Source: a virus
Length of the DNA: 64,000 nucleotides
Direction: 5' to 3' (one strand)
Virus record (IMG/VR): IMGVR_UViG_3300025137_000020
Location: 32,001 to 96,000 of that record
A program made the translations under genes and the position numbers. This document shows positions 31,592 through 40,342 of the stretch, in pieces; positions within the stretch are counted from its first letter, which is position 1, and each line of letters begins with the position of its first letter. The notes below the pieces were generated by a model that did not search any database, had not been told where the DNA came from, and saw only the letters and a list, made by a program, of their open reading frames with translations.

Positions 31592-33451
31592 TTAATCTCG
31601 TGAGACTGTAGTATAACTAGCTAAACCAGAAGAACCAGCAATACTGATATTATCAATATCCCCTTGTATATTAGTTCTTTCCACGTCTATTTGTAAAATT
31701 TTCTTTCTTTGTGAAATGATATCATCGGCTGCCGGTCTAACTTCTACTCGTAATGATTCGTTAACATCATTCTGTAAATCTGATAAATCGACTAAACCTG
31801 TATTAGGATAAAGATAACCGACATTTGCATTAATAATAACAACTCGACCAGTGGAGTCTATTTGGTACGCATAGATTTGTCGTTTTTCGCTATCACCTGG
31901 AATGTGTTTATCCGCAAGAATTGCTTCCTTTCCTCCAATTATAATTGAAGACGTTGCAATCATTGATTCAGACTGGTCTAGCTTTCCATCGATAGTAAAT
32001 CCAAAATCCACTTGAGCGGTATCTAAAGAACTCGCTGTAATGTTTACTAATTTATATGCGTATACTCTAGCGATATTGTTCAAGATAGCCGGATTAGCTG
32101 CGTCGATTGAAGCTAATAAATTGGAGTGTCGGTATACACCGTCAAAATTGTTTAGTTTCGATTGATTGTAATTAATTAGTGTTTGCTTAATAGTAGAAAT
32201 TAATCCGCCTAAAGATGTACTAGTACCACTTGGGTCGTATTTAAAGAAAACTTCAAAATATATATATGTGTATTCGGGGTCAACAATAACTGGAGTTATA
32301 CCAACCATCTTTTTAGACTCAAGCAATGAAAGAATTTCGGCTTTCTGTAAAGTAGTTAAATACGGAGCGGCGGTCGGTTTAGCTGAAATATAAACTTTAC
32401 CGAATTGTGGAATAGGTTCTGTTTCGCCGCCCCATGCCGCAACGTTGTCAAGCCCTGAAAAGCTTTTCATAATGATTGACTTATAGTCATCAGATGTTAC
32501 AGCTCTTTCCTGTGAGATAAAGGATAATGGGGCGTTATATTTAATTGAATTAATATCTTCTACCTGATTACCTCCAGCTGCTTTTGCTGTAGTAGTAACT
32601 ATCGCCGAGCCTGATTCATATTCTAATCCACTTTGACCATCGGTAAAATTGAATAGAGAAGCTCCATTTGTTAAAGGCCCTTCGGAAACCAAATATGTAA
32701 GTCTAACTAGACCCGAGGCTGCAGGTCTTGCACCAAAAAGATTATTACCAAAGCGGATTTCAAAATTGCCATCTGCATTTTCATCTACAAAATAAATTTT
32801 TGAAGTACCATCTACGTTTGGAAATTCGGTAAATTTATTATAGGCTTGCTGAGTACCATTGACCGCTGCAATTGTTGGAAAGACTTCTACTTTTAATGTT
32901 GAGGTATCTGCATTCTGCGCGTTAATAACAAATCTTTGGTCATAACTATTATCGATTGTATAATTCTCTACTCGAGTAGTACCCTGTTTAATAATTAGAT
33001 TATTAAACGTAAAGGTTTCTTGAGATTCGTCTTTTTGAGCAACTGTAATCTCGGCTGTTTCAAATGAATAAGTTGTAGAATCAATACTAGTAGTAAATTG
33101 AGTACCTTGAGGAAGGGTGAGTGTGCTATTACTAGCTCCTTGTTTCGAACTCAATACTAATTTTATTGATGCTGATGGCGCAGTTACAGACTTAGGAGTA
33201 TATCCAAGGAGCTTCGCGCGGGAAACAACATTACCACGAACTTGAGCGGAATCAAGAAAAGATTCGTTCATTGCCATGTGAGCATTAACCGCATTATAAT
33301 GTGTATTATATGCAAGAATGTCCATTATGTGATCAAGGCCAGAGCCTGTAAAATCATAGTCCGTAAATGGGCCCCCGGTGCGTTTAAAATAATCAATAAG
33401 ATTAGCTTTAATCTTATCAAAATCTAGTTCTGTTGTATTAAATTGTGACAT
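31592..33451 (-). CDS. gp6: Baseplate wedge subunit gp6
   Basis: LDFDKIKANL, DYDFTGSGL, LAYNTHYNA, ESFLDSAQVR, QERAVTSDDY, WGGE..P.FGKVYIS. Confidence 0.95.
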   Translation of the reverse strand: MSQFNTTELDFDKIKANLIDYFKRTGGPFTDYDFTGSGLDHIMDILAYNTHYNAVNAHMAMNESFLDSAQVRGNVVSRAKLLGYTPKSVTAPSASIKLVLSSKQGASNSTLTLPQGTQFTTSIDSTTYSFETAEITVAQKDESQETFTFNNLIIKQGTTRVENYTIDNSYDQRFVINAQNADTSTLKVEVFPTIAAVNGTQQAYNKFTEFPNVDGTSKIYFVDENADGNFEIRFGNNLFGARPAASGLVRLTYLVSEGPLTNGASLFNFTDGQSGLEYESGSAIVTTTAKAAGGNQVEDINSIKYNAPLSFISQERAVTSDDYKSIIMKSFSGLDNVAAWGGETEPIPQFGKVYISAKPTAAPYLTTLQKAEILSLLESKKMVGITPVIVDPEYTYIYFEVFFKYDPSGTSTSLGGLISTIKQTLINYNQSKLNNFDGVYRHSNLLASIDAANPAILNNIARVYAYKLVNITASSLDTAQVDFGFTIDGKLDQSESMIATSSIIIGGKEAILADKHIPGDSEKRQIYAYQIDSTGRVVIINANVGYLYPNTGLVDLSDLQNDVNESLRVEVRPAADDIISQRKKILQIDVERTNIQGDIDNISIAGSSGLASYTTVSRD

Positions 33452-33452
33452 A

Positions 33453-33887
33453 TTATCTTAATCTTTCTAAGTAAAAATCTATGGTTTGATCGCCCGGTGT
33501 ACCAATAATATTAAAATGTACACTAACGGCCATGGCATTCAATTCTGCGTTGTCCTGTATGTTAACTTTTATCTTACCTACTCTAGGCTCTAGGCTCGAG
33601 ATCATATCTTTAATTTTATTTCTAATAGACTCGAATGTATAGACATCTACATTATCAAACAATTGTTCAAATATACCACTGCCTATATTTGGGTTAAACA
33701 GTCTTTCACCTCTTTGGGTTAGTAGCAAATTTTTAACAGACTGTTTAACTGCATCAATATCAGTAATAGGCCGGATATCATTATATGCGGGATGTGGCTT
33801 AAAAGATAAATCTAAATCGGCAAAAACCCGATCTTGCTTGACCGAGATATTCGACGCGCCATTGTTATTATAATCCGAATAAGCCAT
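33453..33887 (-). CDS. gp25: Baseplate wedge subunit gp25
   Basis: DLDLSFKPHP, AVKQSVKNLLLTQRGERLFNPNIGS, LEPRV, LERLR. Confidence 0.94.
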   Translation of the reverse strand: MAYSDYNNNGASNISVKQDRVFADLDLSFKPHPAYNDIRPITDIDAVKQSVKNLLLTQRGERLFNPNIGSGIFEQLFDNVDVYTFESIRNKIKDMISSLEPRVGKIKVNIQDNAELNAMAVSVHFNIIGTPGDQTIDFYLERLR

Positions 33888-33893
33888 ATCAAC

Positions 33894-33901
33894 TATTTAT
33901 A
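33894..33901 (-). promoter_or_regulatory. T4-type late promoter upstream of gp25
   Basis: Exact TATAAATA 6 nt before the gp25 ATG. Confidence 0.85.
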
Positions 33902-33907
33902 AGACTT

Positions 33908-35515
33908 TTAGTAGTCTTCGCCCAAGAAATCGCGTAGCTCTGGACTAATTCTTATGGGCTGTGTGGCTCCTTTAGGCACTTCGTGCACAAACCCAAAGGA
34001 AGCCAAATCTTTATGAGCTTGATAAGTGTCTGCGAATTGTGTGACATATCTTTTACCATCCTCGCTCGTCGAATACATGAAGTGCGGAATAAATGAAGAT
34101 TCGGAATGCTTAGATACTTGACTAGTATCTTCTTCAGTTGCATTTCCCGAAAGTACGGATTCCCACGGCTCAAGTTTTCCACCGACTGAATTTGGTATAA
34201 AGTTTCCTGCGGATGGAAAGTCTTCTAATTCTTTGACTGCGGTATTTGTTGTCCAAGAAATCATTGTTAAAAAGGCCAAGCGACTTTCTTTACTAATTAT
34301 TACTTTAGCGTTAAATAAAGTATTTACATAGTCGTGTATCATATTGGCATAATCATTATCTGCTTCTACATGAGTACTATTTCTTATGCTCGTGATAGTA
34401 TAAAAATGTGGAATAAAATTTGCTCGATAATCATTATATTTAAATTTAAATGCTGGTGGTATTCTTATCTTAGCTTCATCCGTACCACACAATTGCCTTA
34501 AGCCATATCCATACTCTGGATTATATTCTTTAATGCCGAAACCCACTTCATTATATACCTGTCGCTGGAGTTGGGGTTTGTATTGCTCATCAAATTTTCC
34601 ATCATACCACCGGTTATTACCCCGAACGTCAGGTCGTCTACCGAGAGTAAGAAGCACCTTGCTCCCATAGTTCGATATCGCAGACTCCATATTTGCATAT
34701 GCTGTTAGCTTTGACTTATATAAAACCCAACGGTCTAATGCAGGTGGAACTCGTATGTCTGGGTTTAATAAATAATAATCAGCCACTTGGCCCTCTGGGT
34801 TTCTTATTTTCCACGCAGACGGTAGGTTGTGAAACATAGTGGATGCCTGAGTTTGGTCGCCTTGTTGAGTCATTCCGCGGGTCGTCTCTTCCATCTTCTC
34901 GCGAAGTGATTTCATAAATTCTTTCTCGGCTTCAACTATTACGGCCTTCGCTGCTTTAGCTTGAGTTACAGAAAATCCTGACTGCGATATTATTTGGTCT
35001 ACCTTCGGATCTGCCGGCATCTCCGCAGCAGTAGGTTGCACTGGCTCTGGGTCTTCTTGCTCTGGATTACCATCAATATTTTCTACTACATCAATAGTAG
35101 TAGGTGTTGGTTCTAATTTACCATCTGCTCCAACCTTAGCTTCTACTTTAGGAACGTCTTTACATATATCAAAGTCCAATAACGCAAGTGGGTTTTTTAC
35201 TATATCCAGTACATCTTCAATATTATCGACGAGGTCACCCCATGCGTTTTGTATTTTCTGTAAGTCTTCTAAAAGCTCAGGTGCACCGGCCTTAGCTTTT
35301 GCGATTAGTTTATTAATTTCATCTTGAAAATTAGGAATTTCTGGCAACTTCGGTATACTTAGATTCATCGCATCTAGTTGCTCTTGGGCAGCTGCCTTTA
35401 TGTCGGCCAATGCGTCTTTGCCAAGAGTGTCTAATTGAGCAAGCTTATCAGCCAATGCTTTTTTCTTTTCTTCTAAGCTCGCTAATAATTTATTCTTTCC
35501 ACAATCTATTGCCAT
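33908..35515 (-). CDS. Hypothetical protein between PAAR and gp25 (probably virion-associated)
   Basis: Start placed at ATG 35515 (MAIDCGKNK), 4 nt after the PAAR stop; helical N-terminus, acidic Pro-rich linker, unassigned globular C-terminus. Confidence 0.6.
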   Translation of the reverse strand: MAIDCGKNKLLASLEEKKKALADKLAQLDTLGKDALADIKAAAQEQLDAMNLSIPKLPEIPNFQDEINKLIAKAKAGAPELLEDLQKIQNAWGDLVDNIEDVLDIVKNPLALLDFDICKDVPKVEAKVGADGKLEPTPTTIDVVENIDGNPEQEDPEPVQPTAAEMPADPKVDQIISQSGFSVTQAKAAKAVIVEAEKEFMKSLREKMEETTRGMTQQGDQTQASTMFHNLPSAWKIRNPEGQVADYYLLNPDIRVPPALDRWVLYKSKLTAYANMESAISNYGSKVLLTLGRRPDVRGNNRWYDGKFDEQYKPQLQRQVYNEVGFGIKEYNPEYGYGLRQLCGTDEAKIRIPPAFKFKYNDYRANFIPHFYTITSIRNSTHVEADNDYANMIHDYVNTLFNAKVIISKESRLAFLTMISWTTNTAVKELEDFPSAGNFIPNSVGGKLEPWESVLSGNATEEDTSQVSKHSESSFIPHFMYSTSEDGKRYVTQFADTYQAHKDLASFGFVHEVPKGATQPIRISPELRDFLGEDY

Positions 35516-35519
35516 AATC

Positions 35520-35810
35520 TTAACCTCCTGCAAATACGTTTGATGAACCAGACGCGACTGAAGTACATCCACTAATACCATCACCAACTCTTCCGCATCC
35601 TAGTCCATTTACTTTTACTGTGCTTGAACCTGCAGCGATCGGTGCAGAGTGCGATGGGCAAGGAGAACCAGGAAGTAAGTGCCCTGTGTTATTATCGCCT
35701 TGGCGAGACACAGCAATTCCATTAGCGAAAACATTTCCACTTCCGGCTGCTCTCACCATTCCACTACAATGAGCCACATCTGCGTCTCCTATTCTTGTTA
35801 CTGCTGGCAT
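35520..35810 (-). CDS. gp5.4: PAAR spike-tip protein (gp5.4-like)
   Basis: MPAVTRIGD...HC, GSGNVFANG, VSRQGD..TGH, GSSTVKVNG..CGRVGD, GSSNVFAGG. Confidence 0.95.
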   Translation of the reverse strand: MPAVTRIGDADVAHCSGMVRAAGSGNVFANGIAVSRQGDNNTGHLLPGSPCPSHSAPIAAGSSTVKVNGLGCGRVGDGISGCTSVASGSSNVFAGG

Positions 35811-35815
35811 ATCTC

Positions 35816-35823
35816 TATTTATA
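35816..35823 (-). promoter_or_regulatory. T4-type late promoter upstream of PAAR
   Basis: Exact TATAAATA 5 nt before the PAAR ATG. Confidence 0.85.
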
Positions 35824-35825
35824 CC

Positions 35826-37409
35826 CTAAGTGGCGGTTTCCATATAAGTCTTTAACCACGTTAAAGCTGGTCTTTCTCCCGTACCATCACGATTAATTAA
35901 TCCAGTCTGATGGCCCTGGTCGTATCTCCAATTCTCTGTGTTAATATATCCCCAAATCGTTACCCGTTCTACATTAGGGTGATTCCATATCGCTGGAAAA
36001 ATAACTTGATATCTATCGAGTTGCTTTTGATCTATATCGATACTATCGCTGTTTGTACCTGAGATATCAAGCTCTGTAATGTGGATAGGTAATCCAGTTT
36101 GACTATGTACATCGTCAATGGCTGCAGTGATTTGAGCTGCGGTCAAATCATTAATATTAAAATAATGAGATTGCATACCAACTCCGTCAATTAAATTTGG
36201 ATTATGATTTTTAATTGCATTGACTGCAGCACAATTTTCATCACGAACTGTTTGATTACTCATCATACCAAAATCGTTTATCCAAATTTTTGCATTTGGA
36301 AAATAATTTCTTACTGTCTCGAAAATATAAATCGCCCAATCATAACCACTCGTACCAGCTCCACCAAATTGATTTATGATTCGAGTAGTACCAGCGTCTT
36401 GGTGACCTGTAGCGATTTCATTAAGCGCTGCGATACCATAGATATCATCTCCATATCGTGTAGATATTGCACTACACCAAGTTTCAAAGGCCGACTTACT
36501 TTCAGCAACACTTAAACCTTCCCACCAATCGGGTGTACCTTGATCAGCTCCCCAAATTAATGTATGCCATAACATTTTAATCCCATTTCTCTTACAATGA
36601 GCATGTAATATATCAGCTCCACTAAAATCGAATGTACCACGAACCTTTTCTACTGGTTGCCATTTACAAAGATTGCCAGCGGCCGCACTATTCCATAAGT
36701 CGGCATAATTTGCAGCATTTTGCTCAGTAACAAAAGGTTGAGTGGATTGTATCTCACTCATCTGAGCAGTATTAATATTTCCAAGCAACTTACTCTTTTG
36801 ATATGCTAATGCACCTATATTATCTGCAACTTGTACACGTTGTGCAGTAGCTCTACCTATAAGTTGAGCAAAAATATTTTGGTTTAAAACAGTATGAGTA
36901 AATGAATAAGTTAATCCATCAGTCGCACCACTGTCATATTTTATTGCAAATTGTACTTGATACGTAACATCAACTTCACTGGAGCCCTCTTCGGCCTTAA
37001 ATAATTCAACGTTGTCGGGCAAAGCAGTTATATTGTTTCCTATAGTGGGGGTTTCAATTAAATCACTTGAACCAGCCGAAACGTGTTTTACTACGTCGTC
37101 TGTGAATGCCCCATCGTATTGTCCGACTAATCTTATTTTATATTCTCCACTGGTATCTACATCATGTGGATATGTTACAGCTGTTCCGCCTAGCTCAAGA
37201 GTGATTGTTATAGTATCATTCGTGCTTATGTTTTGACTGATGTCAATAAAAGGCGAACCCGTCATGTGGGTCAATCCTGTTATTTCGGTGATATTACCAT
37301 CGGGGCTAGAGTCTAAGTTTTTATTAACAGTAATTAGCTTTGTAAAATTAAATGCTTTGCCACGAGCTTTATCTTGGGAATTAATATCTGTGATTTCAAT
37401 ATCTGACAT
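35826..37409 (-). CDS. Fusion protein: N-terminal beta-rich domain plus C-terminal glycoside hydrolase family 10 (endo-xylanase-type) domain
   Basis: Residues ~200-523 carry GH10 motifs in order: GNLCKW, WHTLIWG, AALNE (E331, acid/base), KIWINDF, IDGVGMQSH, LPIHITELDI (E446, nucleophile), HPNVERVTIWG, RPALTWL. Confidence 0.88.
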   Translation of the reverse strand: MSDIEITDINSQDKARGKAFNFTKLITVNKNLDSSPDGNITEITGLTHMTGSPFIDISQNISTNDTITITLELGGTAVTYPHDVDTSGEYKIRLVGQYDGAFTDDVVKHVSAGSSDLIETPTIGNNITALPDNVELFKAEEGSSEVDVTYQVQFAIKYDSGATDGLTYSFTHTVLNQNIFAQLIGRATAQRVQVADNIGALAYQKSKLLGNINTAQMSEIQSTQPFVTEQNAANYADLWNSAAAGNLCKWQPVEKVRGTFDFSGADILHAHCKRNGIKMLWHTLIWGADQGTPDWWEGLSVAESKSAFETWCSAISTRYGDDIYGIAALNEIATGHQDAGTTRIINQFGGAGTSGYDWAIYIFETVRNYFPNAKIWINDFGMMSNQTVRDENCAAVNAIKNHNPNLIDGVGMQSHYFNINDLTAAQITAAIDDVHSQTGLPIHITELDISGTNSDSIDIDQKQLDRYQVIFPAIWNHPNVERVTIWGYINTENWRYDQGHQTGLINRDGTGERPALTWLKTYMETAT

Positions 37410-37606
37410 TACATAGTTTCCCGTTCTAGTAATTCTTGTAACTTACCTTCCCACTGTTCCATTTCCTCATGCTGTTCATCAGTATGAGGTGGGTCAGGCA
37501 TCTCTGGTACAAATGCAATTACGTTCTCAAATGACTCTGGTATTTCTTCAAAATTCTGATATACCTTAGTTCTACCACCTATTAAAATTTTAAAATAGTG
37601 TGCCAT
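37409..37606 (-). CDS. Small conserved protein of the gp5/PAAR region
   Basis: 65 aa, IPESFENVIAFVP..P.PPHTDEQHEE motif; start and stop overlap both neighbours (translational coupling). Confidence 0.75.
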   Translation of the reverse strand: MAHYFKILIGGRTKVYQNFEEIPESFENVIAFVPEMPDPPHTDEQHEEMEQWEGKLQELLERETM

Positions 37607-38958
37607 TAGTTTAGATTAATCCGCGAACCGTCGATATCTGTAATTCCTGCTGCGTGTAAGTCCATCGCATCTGGTGTATCTACAGTAATCTTTCCGGTCG
37701 CGTCAATATCTAAAGTCGATGTCACATCAATCTTATATGTAGTATCAATAACATCTGTTCTTGCACCGGTATTTTGTTTAAGCGTACCAATAACTGACCG
37801 CGATTCATTACCCATAATTACACTCTTTAAATTTTTACCAAATGTGATATTCCCGCTTCTCTTACATTCAAACTCAAACGCTCTTGGAGAATCATTTGCT
37901 GATGGAGATTGGTGACTAGCGTGAATAGTTCTTTTTTCGAATTCGCCAATACTAGAAATTAAATTTCCTTTTACATTCATCATTTGGTTTTTATCTACTT
38001 CAAGGAAATCAGACATCACGATCTTTTCATGCTTATTGCCACGAACTAAAAGGTGATAATCTTTTTCTACTTCCATATAATAATCGCCTTTAACCAATGT
38101 TCTTGCATCACCGTTAATAGTTACATTGCAATTTCCTTTAATAGAAACATTATTATTTTCAAGTACAACCTTATATTCATTTCCATTTACAACGATAGTT
38201 TTATCTCCACTAGCATCAATTTCACTATAAGTACCTGAAGTGTGTTGTACTAAAATTCTTTCGTTATTGGGAGTTTCATCAAATTCTACAATATGACCAC
38301 AGCCGTATTCTTTAGTATGGCAATTAGGATACGTAGGATTTGTAATATCTTCTTGGCTTTCTTGTAACCATCGTTTTCTTTCAAAGAATTTGGCGTCTTT
38401 CTGCAAAGTATTCTTAAGTGTGTCTGTGCTAGGCGGAACCGCCATTGGTATATTTACTTTCTTGCCGTCTTTATCGAGCGCGCGAGAATCATTCCGTAAA
38501 CTACTTTTATCAATATAAGACTTAGACTCCCTATATTCACTGGTAGCACCTTTAGGTTGGTCATTCGCGTTTGCAGTTCTGGGATTTTCTCCAAATGGGT
38601 CCGCGAACCCCTTTTCGTAATCAGAACCCATGGGTGTTCTAGATGGTAATGTTCCTAATACTAATGGGTCTTGGCATGCCTCGCCATCTCTAAAGAATCC
38701 AACTACCCAGCTACCTTGAACAACACCAGTAGCAGCTTCACCAATACCAGAGCATGACCCAGAAGTAATCGGTGTCATCACATTCGCCCACGGCAAATCA
38801 ATAGTACGAATACCGTCTTCTTTATTTTTATTTGAGGTGTGATAACCAAAGCATCTTACTCTCACTCGTCCTTGTTCATACGGGTCGTGAATATCTTCTA
38901 CTACACCAATAAACCAATGAAACCCCGTTGATAGGAAATTATTATTTTTATAATCCAT
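37606..38958 (-). CDS. gp5: Baseplate hub/central spike gp5 (OB-fold plus beta-helix, no lysozyme domain)
   Basis: WFIGVVED..DP..QGRVRVRCFGYH, LPWA, WVVGFFRDGE..QDPLVLG, YPNCH...GHIVEFDETP..ERI, VxG beta-helix repeats, ends GSRINLN. Confidence 0.93.
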   Translation of the reverse strand: MDYKNNNFLSTGFHWFIGVVEDIHDPYEQGRVRVRCFGYHTSNKNKEDGIRTIDLPWANVMTPITSGSCSGIGEAATGVVQGSWVVGFFRDGEACQDPLVLGTLPSRTPMGSDYEKGFADPFGENPRTANANDQPKGATSEYRESKSYIDKSSLRNDSRALDKDGKKVNIPMAVPPSTDTLKNTLQKDAKFFERKRWLQESQEDITNPTYPNCHTKEYGCGHIVEFDETPNNERILVQHTSGTYSEIDASGDKTIVVNGNEYKVVLENNNVSIKGNCNVTINGDARTLVKGDYYMEVEKDYHLLVRGNKHEKIVMSDFLEVDKNQMMNVKGNLISSIGEFEKRTIHASHQSPSANDSPRAFEFECKRSGNITFGKNLKSVIMGNESRSVIGTLKQNTGARTDVIDTTYKIDVTSTLDIDATGKITVDTPDAMDLHAAGITDIDGSRINLN

Positions 38959-38961
38959 AAT

Positions 38962-40332
38962 TTAAATTTCGGAAAAAACTGAATCCTTTTTGCATTCTAC
39001 GTCACATGTATATTTATCTTCTTGATCGTTAAATTCAAATTTGTGTAGAACTGACGTTATTAAATAATTACCAGAAAGCAATTTGTCGAGATGCCCGGTA
39101 TCAGCATCTTCGCTGTTATACCCGCGGTATGCTATAGCTTCCATAGATTTAGGAAATAACAATTTGATTTTTCTACCAGCCTGTAAATTAAAATCGCCAT
39201 TCAATGTAATATTTTGGGTCATTGTATTTAATTTAGAATTAAACGCGTTTATTGTAGCAGCCCCGTGTCGCATATCATTTCCATAGTTCTTATTTGCGCC
39301 ATACGCTAATTCATTGATAGAAAAATATTCTGTATGGGCATCAGGCAAAGAATTTAAAGGTCTACTGTTATTTCTTCCAATCTTAAAAGACTGCGATAAT
39401 AGTGTATGGCCTCTGTCTGATACAGCAGTCTTTCTAACATTCGAACCGCTATCACCACCATAATCAAATTCTTTCTGTTTAAATGTTTTATTTGACAAAT
39501 CTAGAAAATTATTTTTCGAGGCATAGCCGCCACGTACTGATTGCGCAACCTTTGACATACCTAAATTAGAAGAGAAATCTAGTATTCTAGTCTGTCTTTC
39601 TACATAATCATCTTCGGTATGAGGTGCTGCAGTGTATCCTTTTAAATAGACATATGCATTGTAATTTTTATTTAGTTCCGAATCCATTAAATACGACAGT
39701 GAATATAGTCGTACCATGTTATCAATGCTCTGGAAGAAAAAGAATGGTGCTCCGTTTTCATCGTGAGCAGATTTTCTAAAATACTCAATTGCGGATAATG
39801 GTTCTTGCATATTAATTATACCTTTATGCCTAGAAACATCAGTTCCTTTAATAGACATACTATCATAAAATAAATCATTTTGTACAATTCTTCTAATCTG
39901 CTCACTAGCACTACTATTATATGCCCGAGAGATTTTCATAAATTTAGAATTATACGCATGATGCGAAATTCCCTTTAAAACGTATGCTTGCTGATTAGCA
40001 TTAGTATGGGATTTTGCAAAGTCAGAGTATTCTGTAATCACAAATTCCATAGTTCTATTAACCGGCGTGTCACTTACAAACGGCCATTTCTCAAACTCAA
40101 TACTTAAAGTCTCTTGTCCAATAAGAGCAAAAGACTCAAAGAAATTAACTGAATCCGCAATAGTAACTTCGATTATAATTGAAGGTAAGTATATACTTTC
40201 ACGAATTACAATATTAGAAATCAATTCGTCAATTACACGGAAGTCTCCTGTGTGATTATATAATTTAGCACTTACTAAACTGAAATGCGAAGGGTCTAAG
40301 CTTTTTCCACTGCTCGATAATGTTGTTGCCAT
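38962..40332 (-). CDS. Baseplate hub protein (gp27-like)
   Basis: IRESIY..., IGQETL, FFFFQS, LNGDFNLQAGRKIKL, DKLLSGNYLITSVLHKF; lies between gp53 and gp5. Confidence 0.72.
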   Translation of the reverse strand: MATTLSSSGKSLDPSHFSLVSAKLYNHTGDFRVIDELISNIVIRESIYLPSIIIEVTIADSVNFFESFALIGQETLSIEFEKWPFVSDTPVNRTMEFVITEYSDFAKSHTNANQQAYVLKGISHHAYNSKFMKISRAYNSSASEQIRRIVQNDLFYDSMSIKGTDVSRHKGIINMQEPLSAIEYFRKSAHDENGAPFFFFQSIDNMVRLYSLSYLMDSELNKNYNAYVYLKGYTAAPHTEDDYVERQTRILDFSSNLGMSKVAQSVRGGYASKNNFLDLSNKTFKQKEFDYGGDSGSNVRKTAVSDRGHTLLSQSFKIGRNNSRPLNSLPDAHTEYFSINELAYGANKNYGNDMRHGAATINAFNSKLNTMTQNITLNGDFNLQAGRKIKLLFPKSMEAIAYRGYNSEDADTGHLDKLLSGNYLITSVLHKFEFNDQEDKYTCDVECKKDSVFSEI

Positions 40333-40342
40333 AATTTATTTC

